Assembly (NCBI GenBank): GCA_951406725.2
Contig: OX597819.1
Span: 63,426,001 to 63,490,000 of the forward strand
Direction: 5' to 3'
DNA: 64,000 nucleotides
Source of the DNA: Octopus vulgaris
Taxonomy: Eukaryota
Shown one piece after another: positions 26,078-39,244 of the stretch. Below the pieces are notes generated by a model. It had not been told where the DNA came from, did not search any database, and saw only the letters and a program-made list of their open reading frames with translations. Both the position numbers and the translations under genes were made by a program. How positions within the stretch are numbered: position 1 is the stretch's first letter; each line of letters starts with the position of its first letter.

Positions 26078-26390
26078 CGGAGGCGCAATGGCCCAGTGGT
26101 TAGAGCAGCAGACTCGAGGTCGGAGGTTCGCGATTTTGATTCTCAGAACGGGCGTTGTGTGTGCTTATTGAGCGAAAACATCTAAAAGCTCCACGAGGCT
26201 CCGGTAGGGAGTGGTGGCGACCCCTGTTGTACTCTTTCACCACAACTTTCTCTCACTCTCTCTTCCTGTTTCATGAGTAACGCTGCGATGGACTGGAGTC
26301 CGATCCACCTGGGGGGAACACATACGCCACAGAAACCGGGAAAGTGGGCCCATGATCCTGGCTAGGCTTGAAAAGGGCGTAAAAAAAAAT
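26078..26390 (+). mobile_element. tRNA-derived SINE, family A variant
   Basis: GGAGGCGCAATGGCCCAGTGGTTAGAGCAGC head; body ccacaactttctctcactct; tail gaaaccgggaaa. Confidence 0.85.
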
Positions 26391-26868
26391 AAAAGACACA
26401 CACTCAGTTCCTCACTCGTATCACTATCGAACCAAATGAGTAGACGGAGAAGGAAATACACTGGTCAGTGCTGCAAATAGCCAAACGGTTTGTCCAGTCG
26501 TATGCTGTCGGTGTTTTAGTCAGTAGAAGCAGATACATTGCTACCAAAATTCTTCCGATGGAAGCCGATGCAGTTGACCAATTGGCGACATTAATCTGCG
26601 ACGACTGAAAGTGGAAAGATATATTAAATAGATAAGTAGACAATTGTCCGGAGTCAAACGATGAGGATGTTACAGTGTTATGTTGTGAGGAGCCCTAATT
26701 TCTGAGATACAAGTAGGATTAGTAAAAGACGACCATATATACACAAGAAATATACACATAGATATACACACGCACTCTCTCGTATACACAGACAAACACT
26801 CAGACATACATACTCACACACATACATACCTACACATACGCGCACATACATATAAATACATACATACA

Positions 26869-26902
<34 letters not shown>

Positions 26903-26904
26903 CA

Positions 26905-27390
26905 TATGATTTGTGATAGAGAAGAGAAACTGTGTAGAATTGTGAAATTAGCTACCCAATGGATGTTAACATAAAACTGAAGACCAGCGAAAAAGAGAAT
27001 ACCTAAGTTGAAATATTGGGAAATCTGCAGTTACTCTATCCAGATTACAAGTTCAGGTTTATAGCTGTGATTATTGGGGCCCTGGTATATGTAATACTCT
27101 GCTTAAACACCAATCTTGAAAAATTAGGTTTCGCAAAACCAGATAGGAGAAAGCTGATTCGAAGATTGTAGAAACTGTAAAAATCTTTAAATTTTCCAGA
27201 GGTTTAGCATTTGAATATATATGAGCATGTCTAGATATGCAAGTATATGCACGAAAAGACATATATATAACAAAACAGATAAATCTAATGTATACATACC
27301 TACATACAACAATAATCTGTTGACGATGTTAGACCGGTTCTTTCCCTATAGGCAAGAAATCTTGAAATAAAACTGAAAAATGACATCAAT
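26905..27390 (+). mobile_element. 3' end of an R4-like LINE (REL domain end plus 3' UTR) flanked by (CATA)n
   Basis: DREEKLCRIV...SEKENT...NLQLLYPDYKFRFIAVIIGAL; 26905-27000 is homologous to 30755-50 bp downstream of it (30755-30850). Confidence 0.7.
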
Positions 27391-27880
27391 CCATACATAC
27401 ATGCATAAATACACACATTGTTAAATACTAGATAATGAATATATATATTTTTTTTTGCCAGTAGTTCTACAAGTCCGGTAAAAGATATGTTATTTTTTTT
27501 TCAGTAAATGCAAAGACATACAATCTTTTAAAGAGATGGTAGCACTAATCAGATAAGGAAATACATACACAACCACACGGAGAATTACTAGATATAAACC
27601 ATAGCGACTAAAGAAACCTGAGTCAACTAACCGCACGTTTACTATCATCAGGAATTTTCAAGGATTGCTATCACTTTGGAACTCTATTAAGAACTTAAGC
27701 AAAACTCATACATGCATATCTATGTATGTATGTATGTATGTATGTAAGTATGTAAGTGTGTATGTATGTATGTATGTATGTATGTATGTATGTATGTATG
27801 TATGTATGTATGTATGTATGTATGTATGTATGTATGTATGCATATCACACTCTCACTCTCTATCTCTGTTTCTCTCTCTA

Positions 27881-27913
<33 letters not shown>

Positions 27914-27998
27914 GGATATTTATACACACACACTTATAAATATATACATACATACATTCTTTATATATATATATATATATGCACACACACATATATGA

Positions 27999-28047
<49 letters not shown>

Positions 28048-28734
28048 TAAGTGTGTGCGTGTGTATGTTTATAAATATTTACTTACAGATACATAGATAA
28101 CAAGGTAGATATAGATATACAGAGACACTTAGGCACATATACGTAATATTCTACGAATATATTCACAAATATTTTCTTCCATGTTTCCTTCTATTCAGCC
28201 GTTTCTGTTCAACATAATTTTAGTGTTTACTCAGCTTTTTATTGATTCAAATTTAATTAATTTAATTTAAGTTATGATTTGTTTACTGGAAGTAACAACA
28301 AAGAACGATGCAAAAACATAAATAAAAAAAATCATAACGCCCAGTCAACTCCGATGTTATATTGGTTCTTTATTTCCGGTTCTTTCTATTGTTAGCAGAA
28401 TCCAGGACTTCTGGCTATGTTGGTGATTGAATACATTACAATTTTACTAATCAATTTTCACATCACACAAATATGTATTTTTCAAGTGTAAGGTAAACGA
28501 AAACAATCTGAAAATATCATTTGCTGGAGTTGGTGGGTTTGGAATGAAAATATTTGACTATAATAAACTGCGAAGAAAATTGTTATCTGTGTATGATTAA
28601 TACAAGTGTTGTTAATTTACATGCATATTTAACACCTGACGCGTAGTGCCTCAACGCCGGTTGAAGATACTAGAACAAAAATAACATAAAATATGTTGAA
28701 AATAATTGATCTGATCGTCGCCTTTGGAAAATAT

Positions 28735-28815
28735 TCAATCTGTCTGTCTGTTTCTCTGTCTATCTATCCATCCGTCTGTATGTATGCCTGTCGATTAGGT
28801 CGTCCGTCTGTCTGT

Positions 28816-28901
<86 letters not shown>

Positions 28902-29006
28902 GTCTGTCTGTCTATCTATCTGTCTATCTATCTAGCTATCTATCTATTAAGCTACCTGCCTGCTTGCCTACCTACCTACATACCTCCCTACCAACTTGTT
29001 TATCTA

Positions 29007-29053
<47 letters not shown>

Positions 29054-29088
29054 ATTTTTCTATGTATGTATGTATGTATGTATGTATG

Positions 29089-29123
<35 letters not shown>

Positions 29124-29450
29124 GTGTGTGCTTGTGTGTCTGTCTGTCTCTCTTCCTGCGTGTATATCTGTCAATCTCATTGCCTGTCTGTAGATATGTA
29201 TGTATGCATGTATCCATGTCTATTGTTTGTCCCCTTACATAGATGTTCTATCTGTTTATCTATCTATCCATCTTTCTATTCATCTCTCTATCTGTCCGCC
29301 TGTGTCTATGTATGTATTTATCGCTCTGTATACTCATATCTCATTGCCTGTCTGCCTCTCTATCTATCGATCTGTCTCTCTTTCAATCAATCAATCTATC
29401 TTCTTTTCAATCAATCAATCTATCTTCTTTTCAATCAATCAATCTATCAC
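28735..29450. repeat. Compound (CTAT)n/(TATG)n/(CAAT)n tetranucleotide array
   Basis: Directly visible; similar arrays at 27720-27840, 33960-34230 and 43360-43500. Confidence 0.95.
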
Positions 29451-29809
29451 TGTATTCCCCATATCCTCGTCTATATGTCACTCTTTCTCTCTGTGTAAAT
29501 GTCTATCACATTGTCTTCCTGTCTATCACTAATTAACGATTTGGACTTGGATATGGCGTTCGATGTACTCTAGAATGGTTGCTATGCACACTGCCAAAGC
29601 GAGCTCATAGATGCTTTAACCTGTACAATGGTAGCAATAGGAAGCAGTATTCCAGCTTCGCACATCCCTACACAAACTTGCATACATACATACATACATA
29701 CATACATACATACATACATACATACATACATACATACATACATGCATGCATACATACACACATACATACATACATATAATGTCGCCTGTAACAAAACACG
29801 TGTCTCTAA

Positions 29810-30860
29810 TGAGTATTACAGCCAAAAAAAGAAAATTTGGACTCAGAACTCTCTGCATTGCATAAAACATCGGCCAACAATGTGTTTGCTGTGCCAGTAC
29901 TCATTCCAACATTTGGGCTGGTTGATTGAACGCTTGATGAGGTCTAGCCATTGATGTGAAAATCCGAATAATATTAATAAGCACACATAATTACCACAAA
30001 AACAGTGACGTAGACCGCCTCTACTTCAAACGAAAACAGGGTGGCATAGGCTTAACGTCGATCCTAAATGCCTTTGAATGTCATATCATTCCTCTTCGGC
30101 AACATCGTTTAACCATCAAGTGTCGAAGTACATTACTTGCCCAAATTTTTATCATAAGACTTAAGCGGCAACTCCTTGAGAAACATTATTTGTCTGATAA
30201 TCTAGAATACATGTCGAAAGCAGTCGCACGAATCTACCCCAACGTATCATCAGATGAAAGGATAAGACTATATGAGCCTAAGACTATGCATGGATATATT
30301 ACTAGAAAGCTCCGAGATGATAGTAACATCGATCATCAAAGGAGGTTATCATAAATCAACAGCCGGATAACTACCTCCCACTTTGAAGGGTATACGTTCG
30401 GAATCCGGGATCAGGCAATATCAACCAAGTACCTGATGCGCAAAAGGGAGAGAGATGCAAGAAATGCAGTAAAATATGACAACAGATGCAGACTTTGTAC
30501 AGTTAACAACGAAGATATTACCCACATCATAAGCAGTTGTCCGAAAATGTCATCACGGTATTATCTACCGGTGAGACATGACACTGTAGCTAGGGCATTC
30601 TGTGATAAAATCCGTCGGAAAGATAACCCTGAGAACAAAGAACTTAAAGCCCACAGTAAGATAGAAGTCATAGCCACTCATAAAGAAAAGGAATACTGGT
30701 GGAATATTTCAGTGAAGACTTCAATAGAATGTAAGCACAGCAGACCTGCTATAATGATTTGGGATAGAGAAGAGGATCTGAGAAGGATTGTGGAAATTAG
30801 CTGCCCAGTTGTTCTTAACATAAAGCAGAAGATCAGTGAAAAAGAGAACACTATTGCAGC
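29810..30860 (+). mobile_element. R4/Dong-like non-LTR retrotransposon fragment (RT thumb, CCHC knuckle, REL endonuclease), decayed
   Basis: SDVDRLYFKRKQGGIGL; MHGY; CRLC...HIISSC...RHD; WWN...RP...IVEISCP; stops and frameshifts present; preceded by (CATA)n. Confidence 0.85.
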
Positions 30861-31399
30861 AGCAAATGTAATGAGAACATATAATACCTAGTCGTCGCCT
30901 GTGTTTTTACATATACTGCCAAAGTAATGATTTTACAGTAAATAAGAGTAAGTAGAGAAATGAAACGTAAACTTTAAAATTCTGAATTGTGCTGGCGATA
31001 GCATGTTCGATACATCAAAAAAGCAAAAGAACAGCGCCTACATTATCCAGAATTGTTTGGTTTAATTCTTAAGTAGTTCGTGCCGTGCCAGAGAAATATG
31101 GAGAGAAGACTTATAAGAAAGGGCTTAATGTATGAAGAATATAGGGCACGTGTGTTAGGTGCAAAGATTGTTATACGTACGGACGTCAGTGTAAGATGAA
31201 TGAGGTGGTTTATAGGTAGATGAACGATGTCATATCTATCGACGGTTAACAGTAGGAAGATAACCAGACAGTGATTCGTAGTGACTCGTTCAAAGTGGAG
31301 AGAAATACCACATGCATCCATATAGGCATTATAGAGACATGTGTATAAGAGAAAAACCGCGTGCAAATGTGAAACCTTCAGAAATTAATAACATAATAA

Positions 31400-31775
31400 T
31401 GCGGTGAGCTGGCAGAAACGTTAGAATGCCTAGCCGTATTTCGTCTGCCGAGGTCGACTTTGCCTTTCATCCTTTCGGATTCGATTAAATAAGTACCAGT
31501 TACGCACTGGGGTCGATATAACCGGCTTAATCCGTTTGTCTGTCCTTGTTTGTCCTCTCTGTGTTTAGCTCCTTGTCGGTAGTAAAGAAATAGGTATTTC
31601 GTCTGCCGTAACGTTCTTAGTTCAAATTCCGCCGAAGTCGACTTTGCTTTTCATCCTTTTGGGGTCGATAAATTAAGTACCAGTTATGCAATGGGGTCGA
31701 TGTAATCGACTTAATACCTTTTTCTGTCCTTGTTTGTCTCCTCTATGTTTCGCCCCTTGTGGGCAATAAATAAAT
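31400..31775 (+). mobile_element. SINE family C, tandem dimer
   Basis: Two consecutive units with gtcgactttgc.tttcatccttt.gg..tcgat.aa.taagtaccagtt; B-box-like gttcaaattcc. Confidence 0.8.
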
Positions 31776-32818
31776 AAGAAATTAATAACATAACGTATTT
31801 GCTGGAAAACTAGGATCGTTTCCTGAAATGATGTGGTGATTACTTGAACATGAGAATTAGACAAATGTTACACAAATGTGTCAAAATAACATTCTTATTC
31901 TTTGGCAACATCATTGCTGATCAAGTCCCGTAGAGGAAGTGATACTGCCAAATGTTGCTGCCAAGCTTCTGAGCTTGGAACTTTCTCAGAGAAAGAATAC
32001 CCAATGCCCGTTCTGAGCTTCACAGAAAAAGCCATTTACATAAAATTTACTTGTATACTGTTTTACTATTTTGGACAAATCCAAACTAGTGAAGCTAATT
32101 CGCATGAAACTGAATGTATTGACAACGTTGGTGTATTAGTTATTCACCGAATCAATAATGCAGAACACACAAATTTTTCTGGACATTTTGATGATATATT
32201 TGGCCTCGCTGTGAAGCGCAAAGGAATTGCTTAAACTACACATTTTATTTCACTTTGATGAGGACAAAGGGATATTCTGGAGGTTATAACAAGGCAAGAG
32301 ATTCAAATGATACATAGTGGTTTGTAGGAAATAAATTATCACGAAACGAGAAATAATTTAGAAGGTTTAAAAGAGTTTATTCACTCGTATCACAGTAATT
32401 GAAGTCATGCTGTTCTCTTTATTGTGGAGAGACCGTATAGCTGTTCAATGAAAGTTCTCTCGAAAAAATACTATTTCAGTGATGATGATTCTACTTTTTA
32501 AATGAATAAAATGCGATTCAATTATCAGTTAATATTTAGAGAAGGTACACGCACAATTTGATGCGAGGGCAAATATCTAGGAAAAATGTCAGGGCACCAT
32601 ACACAATAGGTTTGAAATATTGTCTCAGTGAGTTATCAATATAAAACCACTGACGTCATCTAACCTAAACAGCTATGAAGACAATGAATTTGTGGAAATA
32701 AGACTGTGTTGTTAACTGAAGGATTGCAGAGTGATGTTCACTCTTGGTTCTTCAGATTTCACTACCGGATAATTATTGGGCATCACGTTTTACCATAAAA
32801 AAGGCAAGCTGTCTCGAT

Positions 32819-33171
32819 CAGGGGCTCTCAAACATTTTTAGTTTACTTATGGGCTCCTTTGATTGCTATTTTATTCTAGTGGACCCCCATAAGCATTCCA
32901 TGTTTAAAAACTAGTTTTATAAAAATTTCTTTCAAAATTACCATTTTGTTTTACACACATTAACTTGTGTAGGTTGAATTATGTAAAATATTAGAGAAAG
33001 AAAACTGGTTGTTCCTTGCAATACACACCAATATATACATCTAAAGCAATATTCTTTTTACGGGTTCCTAAAATACTATTGTGGATGGGCAATTTACTAT
33101 TTTATTGCATAGACTCCACAAATCTTATATGGACACTCAGGGGCCATATAAACCCCGGTTGAGAACCTCTG
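32819..33171. mobile_element. hAT/Charlie-like MITE
   Basis: TIRs CAGGGGCTCTCAAAC ... GTTGAGAACCTCTG; decayed 8-bp flanks GTCTCGAT / GTTTAAAT. Confidence 0.7.
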
Positions 33172-34065
33172 GTTTAAATACTGATATTGCAATTTCTTTG
33201 ATTTCTGAACATAATTATTATCATTTTGAAAATTATAACCTCACTCACCACAAAATCTTATACATTGTGTTCAAACAATCTCTCCGCAATAAGTATTTTA
33301 TTCCAAATTAAATATTTATAAGATGGTATAAGACTACAAAAGGAATATATTAGACCTTACAAAACTTTAAAAACTTTATGAGAGGTGTTGAAAGTGTCGG
33401 TCTCCATTTTCAATACGTTAGTTGACTCTTCTACACATGTTTTGAAATACATCTTGGAGAAAGAAATCACTGCGGAGAGACTTTTTGAAATACCCTATAT
33501 AAATGTATCTCACATTCTGGAAAACAATCATTTTGAGTAATAAATAGTTGAAAGAATTGCTGGGTTCTTCAACGAAATTTCTTAGTAATTTTACATTTGT
33601 ATGAGATCTCTGCTATTATATTGGCTCACAACATAATGTTACTTTTGGGGCATAATTTACTATAAGGCTGAGTACATGTTCCTTACATTTCAATTCCTCT
33701 TTACTATTGTTTTGTCATATTTGTTGCTTATATTTAGTAGATTTCTAATGTCTCATAACATGTTATAGGGGCTAAGAATTATAAAGAATAAACAACAATA
33801 TCCTAGTTTTTTTTTTGTTACAGCCTCGTTCTTTTCCCTTGTTTTAATGCCGTTCATATTTATGAGTGAGGGACACAATTTGACAACTTATTGATTGGTC
33901 GATGAAATCATGTTCTGCCTCTAGTATGCTGATATTATTTGTTTTGCATCATTCTGTTCAGTATGTATGTATGTATGTATGTATGTATGTATGTATGTAT
34001 GTATGCATGTATGTATGTATGTATGTATGTATGTATGTATGTATGTATCTATATATCTATCTATA

Positions 34066-34115
<50 letters not shown>

Positions 34116-34141
34116 CCTATCTACCTATCTACCTACCTATG

Positions 34142-34199
<58 letters not shown>

Positions 34200-34311
34200 C
34201 CTATCTATCTATCTATCTATCTATCTATATATATATATATATGCATGTGAACATATTTAACTTTCTCTCTGTATGTACATACATATATCTTATACCTTAT
34301 ATATATATCTT

Positions 34312-34365
<54 letters not shown>

Positions 34366-34853
34366 TATGGAAAATGTCAGGGTGCGCATATATTGTCTCC
34401 CTATTTATTCATCTATCTATTTTACCAATCAAATGCATAACCCCTCTTTTACATTATTTCAACATATCTCAGCATCATCTTCTTTCAATTTACCGATATC
34501 ACATCATTCACTTCATTATTTATATTCGCTGCTTTAATTTGCTTTCTAAAATTTGTTTTTATTGTGTTTGGTTCCAATTTTCTCAGATGATAACTTTATG
34601 TTATATTTTCTTTTTTTCTTTTTTACTTTCCATTTTATAATGGTTTGTGTTTCTTTCTATGTTGTGTTCTTAATTTCCTTTCTCATCCGTACGAGACATT
34701 CAGTAAAATAAAAGTAAGACTAAGACCCCCCACCACACCACCTCTGAATTTTTTCCAAAGCATCAACAAAATATATAACAATAAAAATTAATGATTTATA
34801 GAAATGCTTCGAATATAGTAGCAAATTCTTTCTGAAGTTCACCAAGCAATAGC

Positions 34854-34933
<80 letters not shown>

Positions 34934-35117
34934 TGTATATGATAAACAAATATATATATATAAAACTAACATGAAAGTATAATTTAAGAAACAGCCGAAT
35001 AGAAATAATGAACTCTAATTAAAACTCTGTTGTCTTCATTACACTTCAGAATATATGCGCTTAGTTATTTCTTTCTTCAGGATTGGTTCTGCTTTTAATT
35101 CTTCTTGCTTTTCTTTG

Positions 35118-35326
<209 letters not shown>

Positions 35327-35329
<3 letters not shown>

Positions 35330-35628
35330 TAGTTTTATTTTTATAGCGTGCTTTCACTTCACTACCGAGCGCAGCTCTGTGTGCCTTGGGTATGTGCTGT
35401 GATTTGTTGTGATGCTCTGATGGTTATTGTATGGAAAGTGTTCTGCGTAGGATGTGTGCAGTGCCTAGTAGTGCAATTTTCTGTATGTTATATGTGTTTG
35501 TAAGTCCTGGTGTTTTTGTTATGTATTTGTCTGAATATTTTTTTATCATGCCTAATGCACCTACTATGATAGGAATTGTTTCTGTTTTCAGATTCCACAT
35601 TCTAGTTACCTCTATTTCCAGGTCTTTG
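35327..35628 (-). mobile_element. Dong/R4-type LINE 3' end inserted in (AAT)n
   Basis: KDLEIEVTRMWNLKTETIPIIVGALG...ALLGTAHILRRTLSIQ* plus 3' UTR; nearly identical to 41991-42290; AAT repeats on both sides. Confidence 0.88.
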
Positions 35629-35631
35629 ACC

Positions 35632-35692
<61 letters not shown>

Positions 35693-35774
35693 GGATGTAT
35701 GCGCCTGTGTATGTGCAAATGTGTATTTGTTTGTATGTATATATAAATATATATATGTATGTTTGTATGGCATG

Positions 35775-35818
<44 letters not shown>

Positions 35819-36127
35819 TATATGTGTGTGTGTGTGTATGGGTAGGTGTGTATGTATGTTGCGTTTTGTGACGAGGTTTCATTTTATTGACACATTTAAT
35901 CTTAAAATTAGTTATCACTTTGAAGCTAAAAGTTTAATTACTTTGTACTGCGTCACTACTTGGTCTGTTAATTTGCATTGGTATCGTGAGAACCGCCTGC
36001 ATCAATATGGCAAACGTTCAATTTGAATTCAGATGCGTTTTCGATTCTCCCGTTGGAATTTACTTGTCCTCACCTCAGTAGTGACAAACTACAAAGATGT
36101 TATGAATATTTGTACAGTCTTTGACAT

Positions 36128-36295
36128 CGAGCAAAATGCCCAGTGCCTTTTCGTCCGTCTTTACGTTCTGAGTTCAAATTCCGCCGAAATAAACTTTGCC
36201 TTTCATCTTGTCGGGGATCGATAACATAACCACCAGCTGAGCTCTGGGATCCATATAATCGACTTATCTCCTCCCTTGAAATTTCTGGCTTTGTT
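36128..36295 (+). mobile_element. SINE family C copy
   Basis: gagttcaaattccgccg...tttgcctttcatcttgtcggggatcgataa. Confidence 0.7.
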
Positions 36296-37112
36296 TTAGC
36301 GGTTTTTCTACTCCTTATTTCCAGCATTCAACGACAAATTCGAAGACAGTTGCTCCCATAACTTGCAACTATATTTTGGATTTTATGGAGTGTCACAGCT
36401 GCCAACAAATGCAGAACAGTGGACACACACACGCACACACACACACACACATACACACACACACACAAACATAAACACACACGCACGCATGCACAAACAT
36501 ATATATGTATACATGTATATATTTATATATATGTATATATGTAAACTCTCCCTATATATATATATAAATTACAATGTGTAACAGATTTTTGTCCTCGGGT
36601 AGCAACTGTTATTTCCTATTGTTCACCTCTTCGAAAGAGGTAATGTTTCCTTCACAATTTCCTTTTGTTACAGTTATGCCAACCAAACAGAATTCCTCTC
36701 ATGACTATGAGCCCCATCCCCATTACTTCTGCTCATGATCAGAGCTGCATATATTGTCGGCTATTAAGGGACATGCTCAAGTGGTTAATGTCAAGCTACT
36801 GACAAGCGGATCTGTGGCATTGAGTAGAATATTTCCTATAACGATGTTTCTGCTTCAGTAACTCAGCGCTGAATTTATCTGAAATGTAAAAGAAAATGTG
36901 TTAGTTTCTAAACATTCATGTCCAGGTCACAAACGTAAAGTTTGAAGAGAATAGTAGTCATTTCCTTTGATTTCTTGATAGAAGCAAATAAGAACTATGT
37001 CTTATTCACCAAAGACAAATAAATAAATAAATTAATTAATAAATAAATAAATGCATAAAACAGTTCTATATTTAAGAGATGAGGAATTTTGTACATCATT
37101 TATTTTATTTAT

Positions 37113-37362
37113 ATATGGCGTAGTGGCTAAAAGCGCGGGCTACTAACCCTAAGATTCCGAGTTCGATTCCAGGCAGTGACCATAATAATAATAATAATCA
37201 TAATAACAATAATGATAATAATAATAATAATAATAATAATTGCAACACAAACGTCGAACAATACCTTAAGAATGAGAACCCAGGTTCAAAATTTCCCCAA
37301 GACACCTGATGAATGCTGGAGGGTATATCAGCCGAAACGTTGTGTTAACAACAGACAATATC
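37113..37362 (+). mobile_element. tRNA-headed SINE family D carrying a hammerhead motif
   Basis: A box TGGCGTAGTGG (37116-37126), B box GAGTTCGATTCC (37159-37170), (AAT)n linker, hammerhead at 37301-37346; second copy at 47631. Confidence 0.8.
37301..37346 (+). ncRNA. Minimal type I hammerhead ribozyme motif
   Basis: GACAC-CTGATGA-A-TGCTG gagggtatat CAGCC-GAAA-CG-TT-GTGTT; canonical core, one mismatch at the base of stem II. Confidence 0.7.
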
Positions 37363-38228
37363 TTTTGGTTGTTAATATTTTGCGATCTCATTTTCTGATG
37401 AGTGAGAGAATATATGAAATAATGTTTCCATATAATTCAGTTTTCTCTTTCTCATTCTGGGTGTTCTAGTAGCTGCAGATATCTTTATTTCACTCTGAAT
37501 TATATGGAATTATAGCTTCGCCGTGTTATTCCTAAAACGCTAATGGATGTTTGAAATGTCAAACAGCTATGACAGTTTGGAAACGAATTTCATTCAGATC
37601 CACCTCCACCACCTCGTATCGTCTCTAATATGAGTCTGAAGCAAATGACTCACTTTTCAAAGAAGTTCAAGAAAACCTGTGTGGCAATCTATTTTTGATT
37701 TAGGAATTTCAAAGTCAGTCTTATTCCGCATTTTGAAGCACTGTCATTGGACAAAATACATTTGATGAATAATTCATGCTCTCAAGATAATCCGGATCCA
37801 AGAATGAAGTTTTGCATGTGATAATTCGACAAGATATGTAGAAGATGCTCACATTTTTAAAATGTTTGTGATGAGGTGAGGAGGTGCATTTAAATTTAAT
37901 TGCTCAATGAACCGCGACAATTACAATTATTTGGTGTTTGAGAAATAAAAGGTTAGGAAAGAACACCAAGTTACCAAAAGTTATATTATGTTGCATTTCG
38001 TTATCAAATTTATTAATGGCAGCGTTCCTTGAAACTGAACCTTACTTTAATAAACACTGTTTTTTTATAATCGTTCGTTGCGTCTATATAATTATTTGTA
38101 TCCAATATGTATATATATATATATATAGGGTGAAATATAATTAATTGAATAAAATCAACAAATTTCACCTAGTAGTATTTCTGTATAGAAAAGGACCATA
38201 TTCGGTAAAAACTTATATAATTATAATA

Positions 38229-38358
38229 ATAAGGGTTTTTTGCAACAGGTTGCTTAACAACATACCGAAAATTTTAGAAATAGCAGCCAAAAGCAGTAGT
38301 CTTTTGGCTGCTATTTCTAAAATGTTCGGTATGTTGTTAAGCAACTTGTTGCAAAAAC

Positions 38359-38364
<6 letters not shown>
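38229..38364. repeat. Long hairpin, ~64-bp arms and 7-nt spacer, probably inverted PLE-like tails
   Basis: ...ttttagaaatagcagccaaaag-cagtagt-cttttggctgctatttctaaaa... Confidence 0.9.
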
Positions 38365-38437
<73 letters not shown>

Positions 38438-38513
38438 TATATAGAGAGAGAGAGAGAGAGACATACACACACACAAATATATGTATATACATGTGTGTGT
38501 ATGCATATGTATG

Positions 38514-38559
<46 letters not shown>

Positions 38560-38877
38560 CTGTGTCTCTATAGTCAAAAGGATGCACAAAGGTGACCGCT
38601 ATCTGCAGTACACTTGGAAATTGTGTTTGACGCCACATGACATGTAAATAACAGTAGAAAAATAAATAAAAGAGTTTAGAAATGCATAGAATGCAACAAC
38701 TACAATAACCTGCAGCAGACAAAACCTAATTAAAACTGACTCAACATAGCAGCCATGTATCGCTGATGGTTCTACTGATATTGTTCTCTCTCATTTGTCT
38801 GTGGCAACGTTGCTGTTGACTGTGAACATAAATCATGTTGACGGTGACGAAGGGGATTGTTTATCCTATACCGATAG

Positions 38878-38910
<33 letters not shown>

Positions 38911-39000
38911 CTTTGTTATTATCGATGTTATCGATCATCATGGTGTAGCATTCGGTGCAATTTTATTTGCGGTGCTATTTCTCGGGCTTGGACATTATTA

Positions 39001-39070
<70 letters not shown>

Positions 39071-39113
39071 CATTATTATTATTATTGTCATTATTATTAT
39101 CATCATCATCATC

Positions 39114-39238
<125 letters not shown>

Positions 39239-39244
39239 CATACA

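Noticed and set aside
29380-29450. Three tandem ~22-bp units suggesting a CRISPR-like array
   Set aside because: No unique spacers; it is a microsatellite-derived tandem repeat in eukaryotic DNA.
37113-37182. Possible tRNA gene, also considered for the other SINE heads
   Set aside because: Acceptor and T stems are incomplete, there is no oligo-T terminator, and each head continues into a multicopy SINE body.
38580-38710. Possible minus-strand exon (VIVVVAFYAFLNSFIYF...)
   Set aside because: Only an acceptor-like site supports it; hydrophobicity follows from T-rich composition and a stop follows within about 36 codons.
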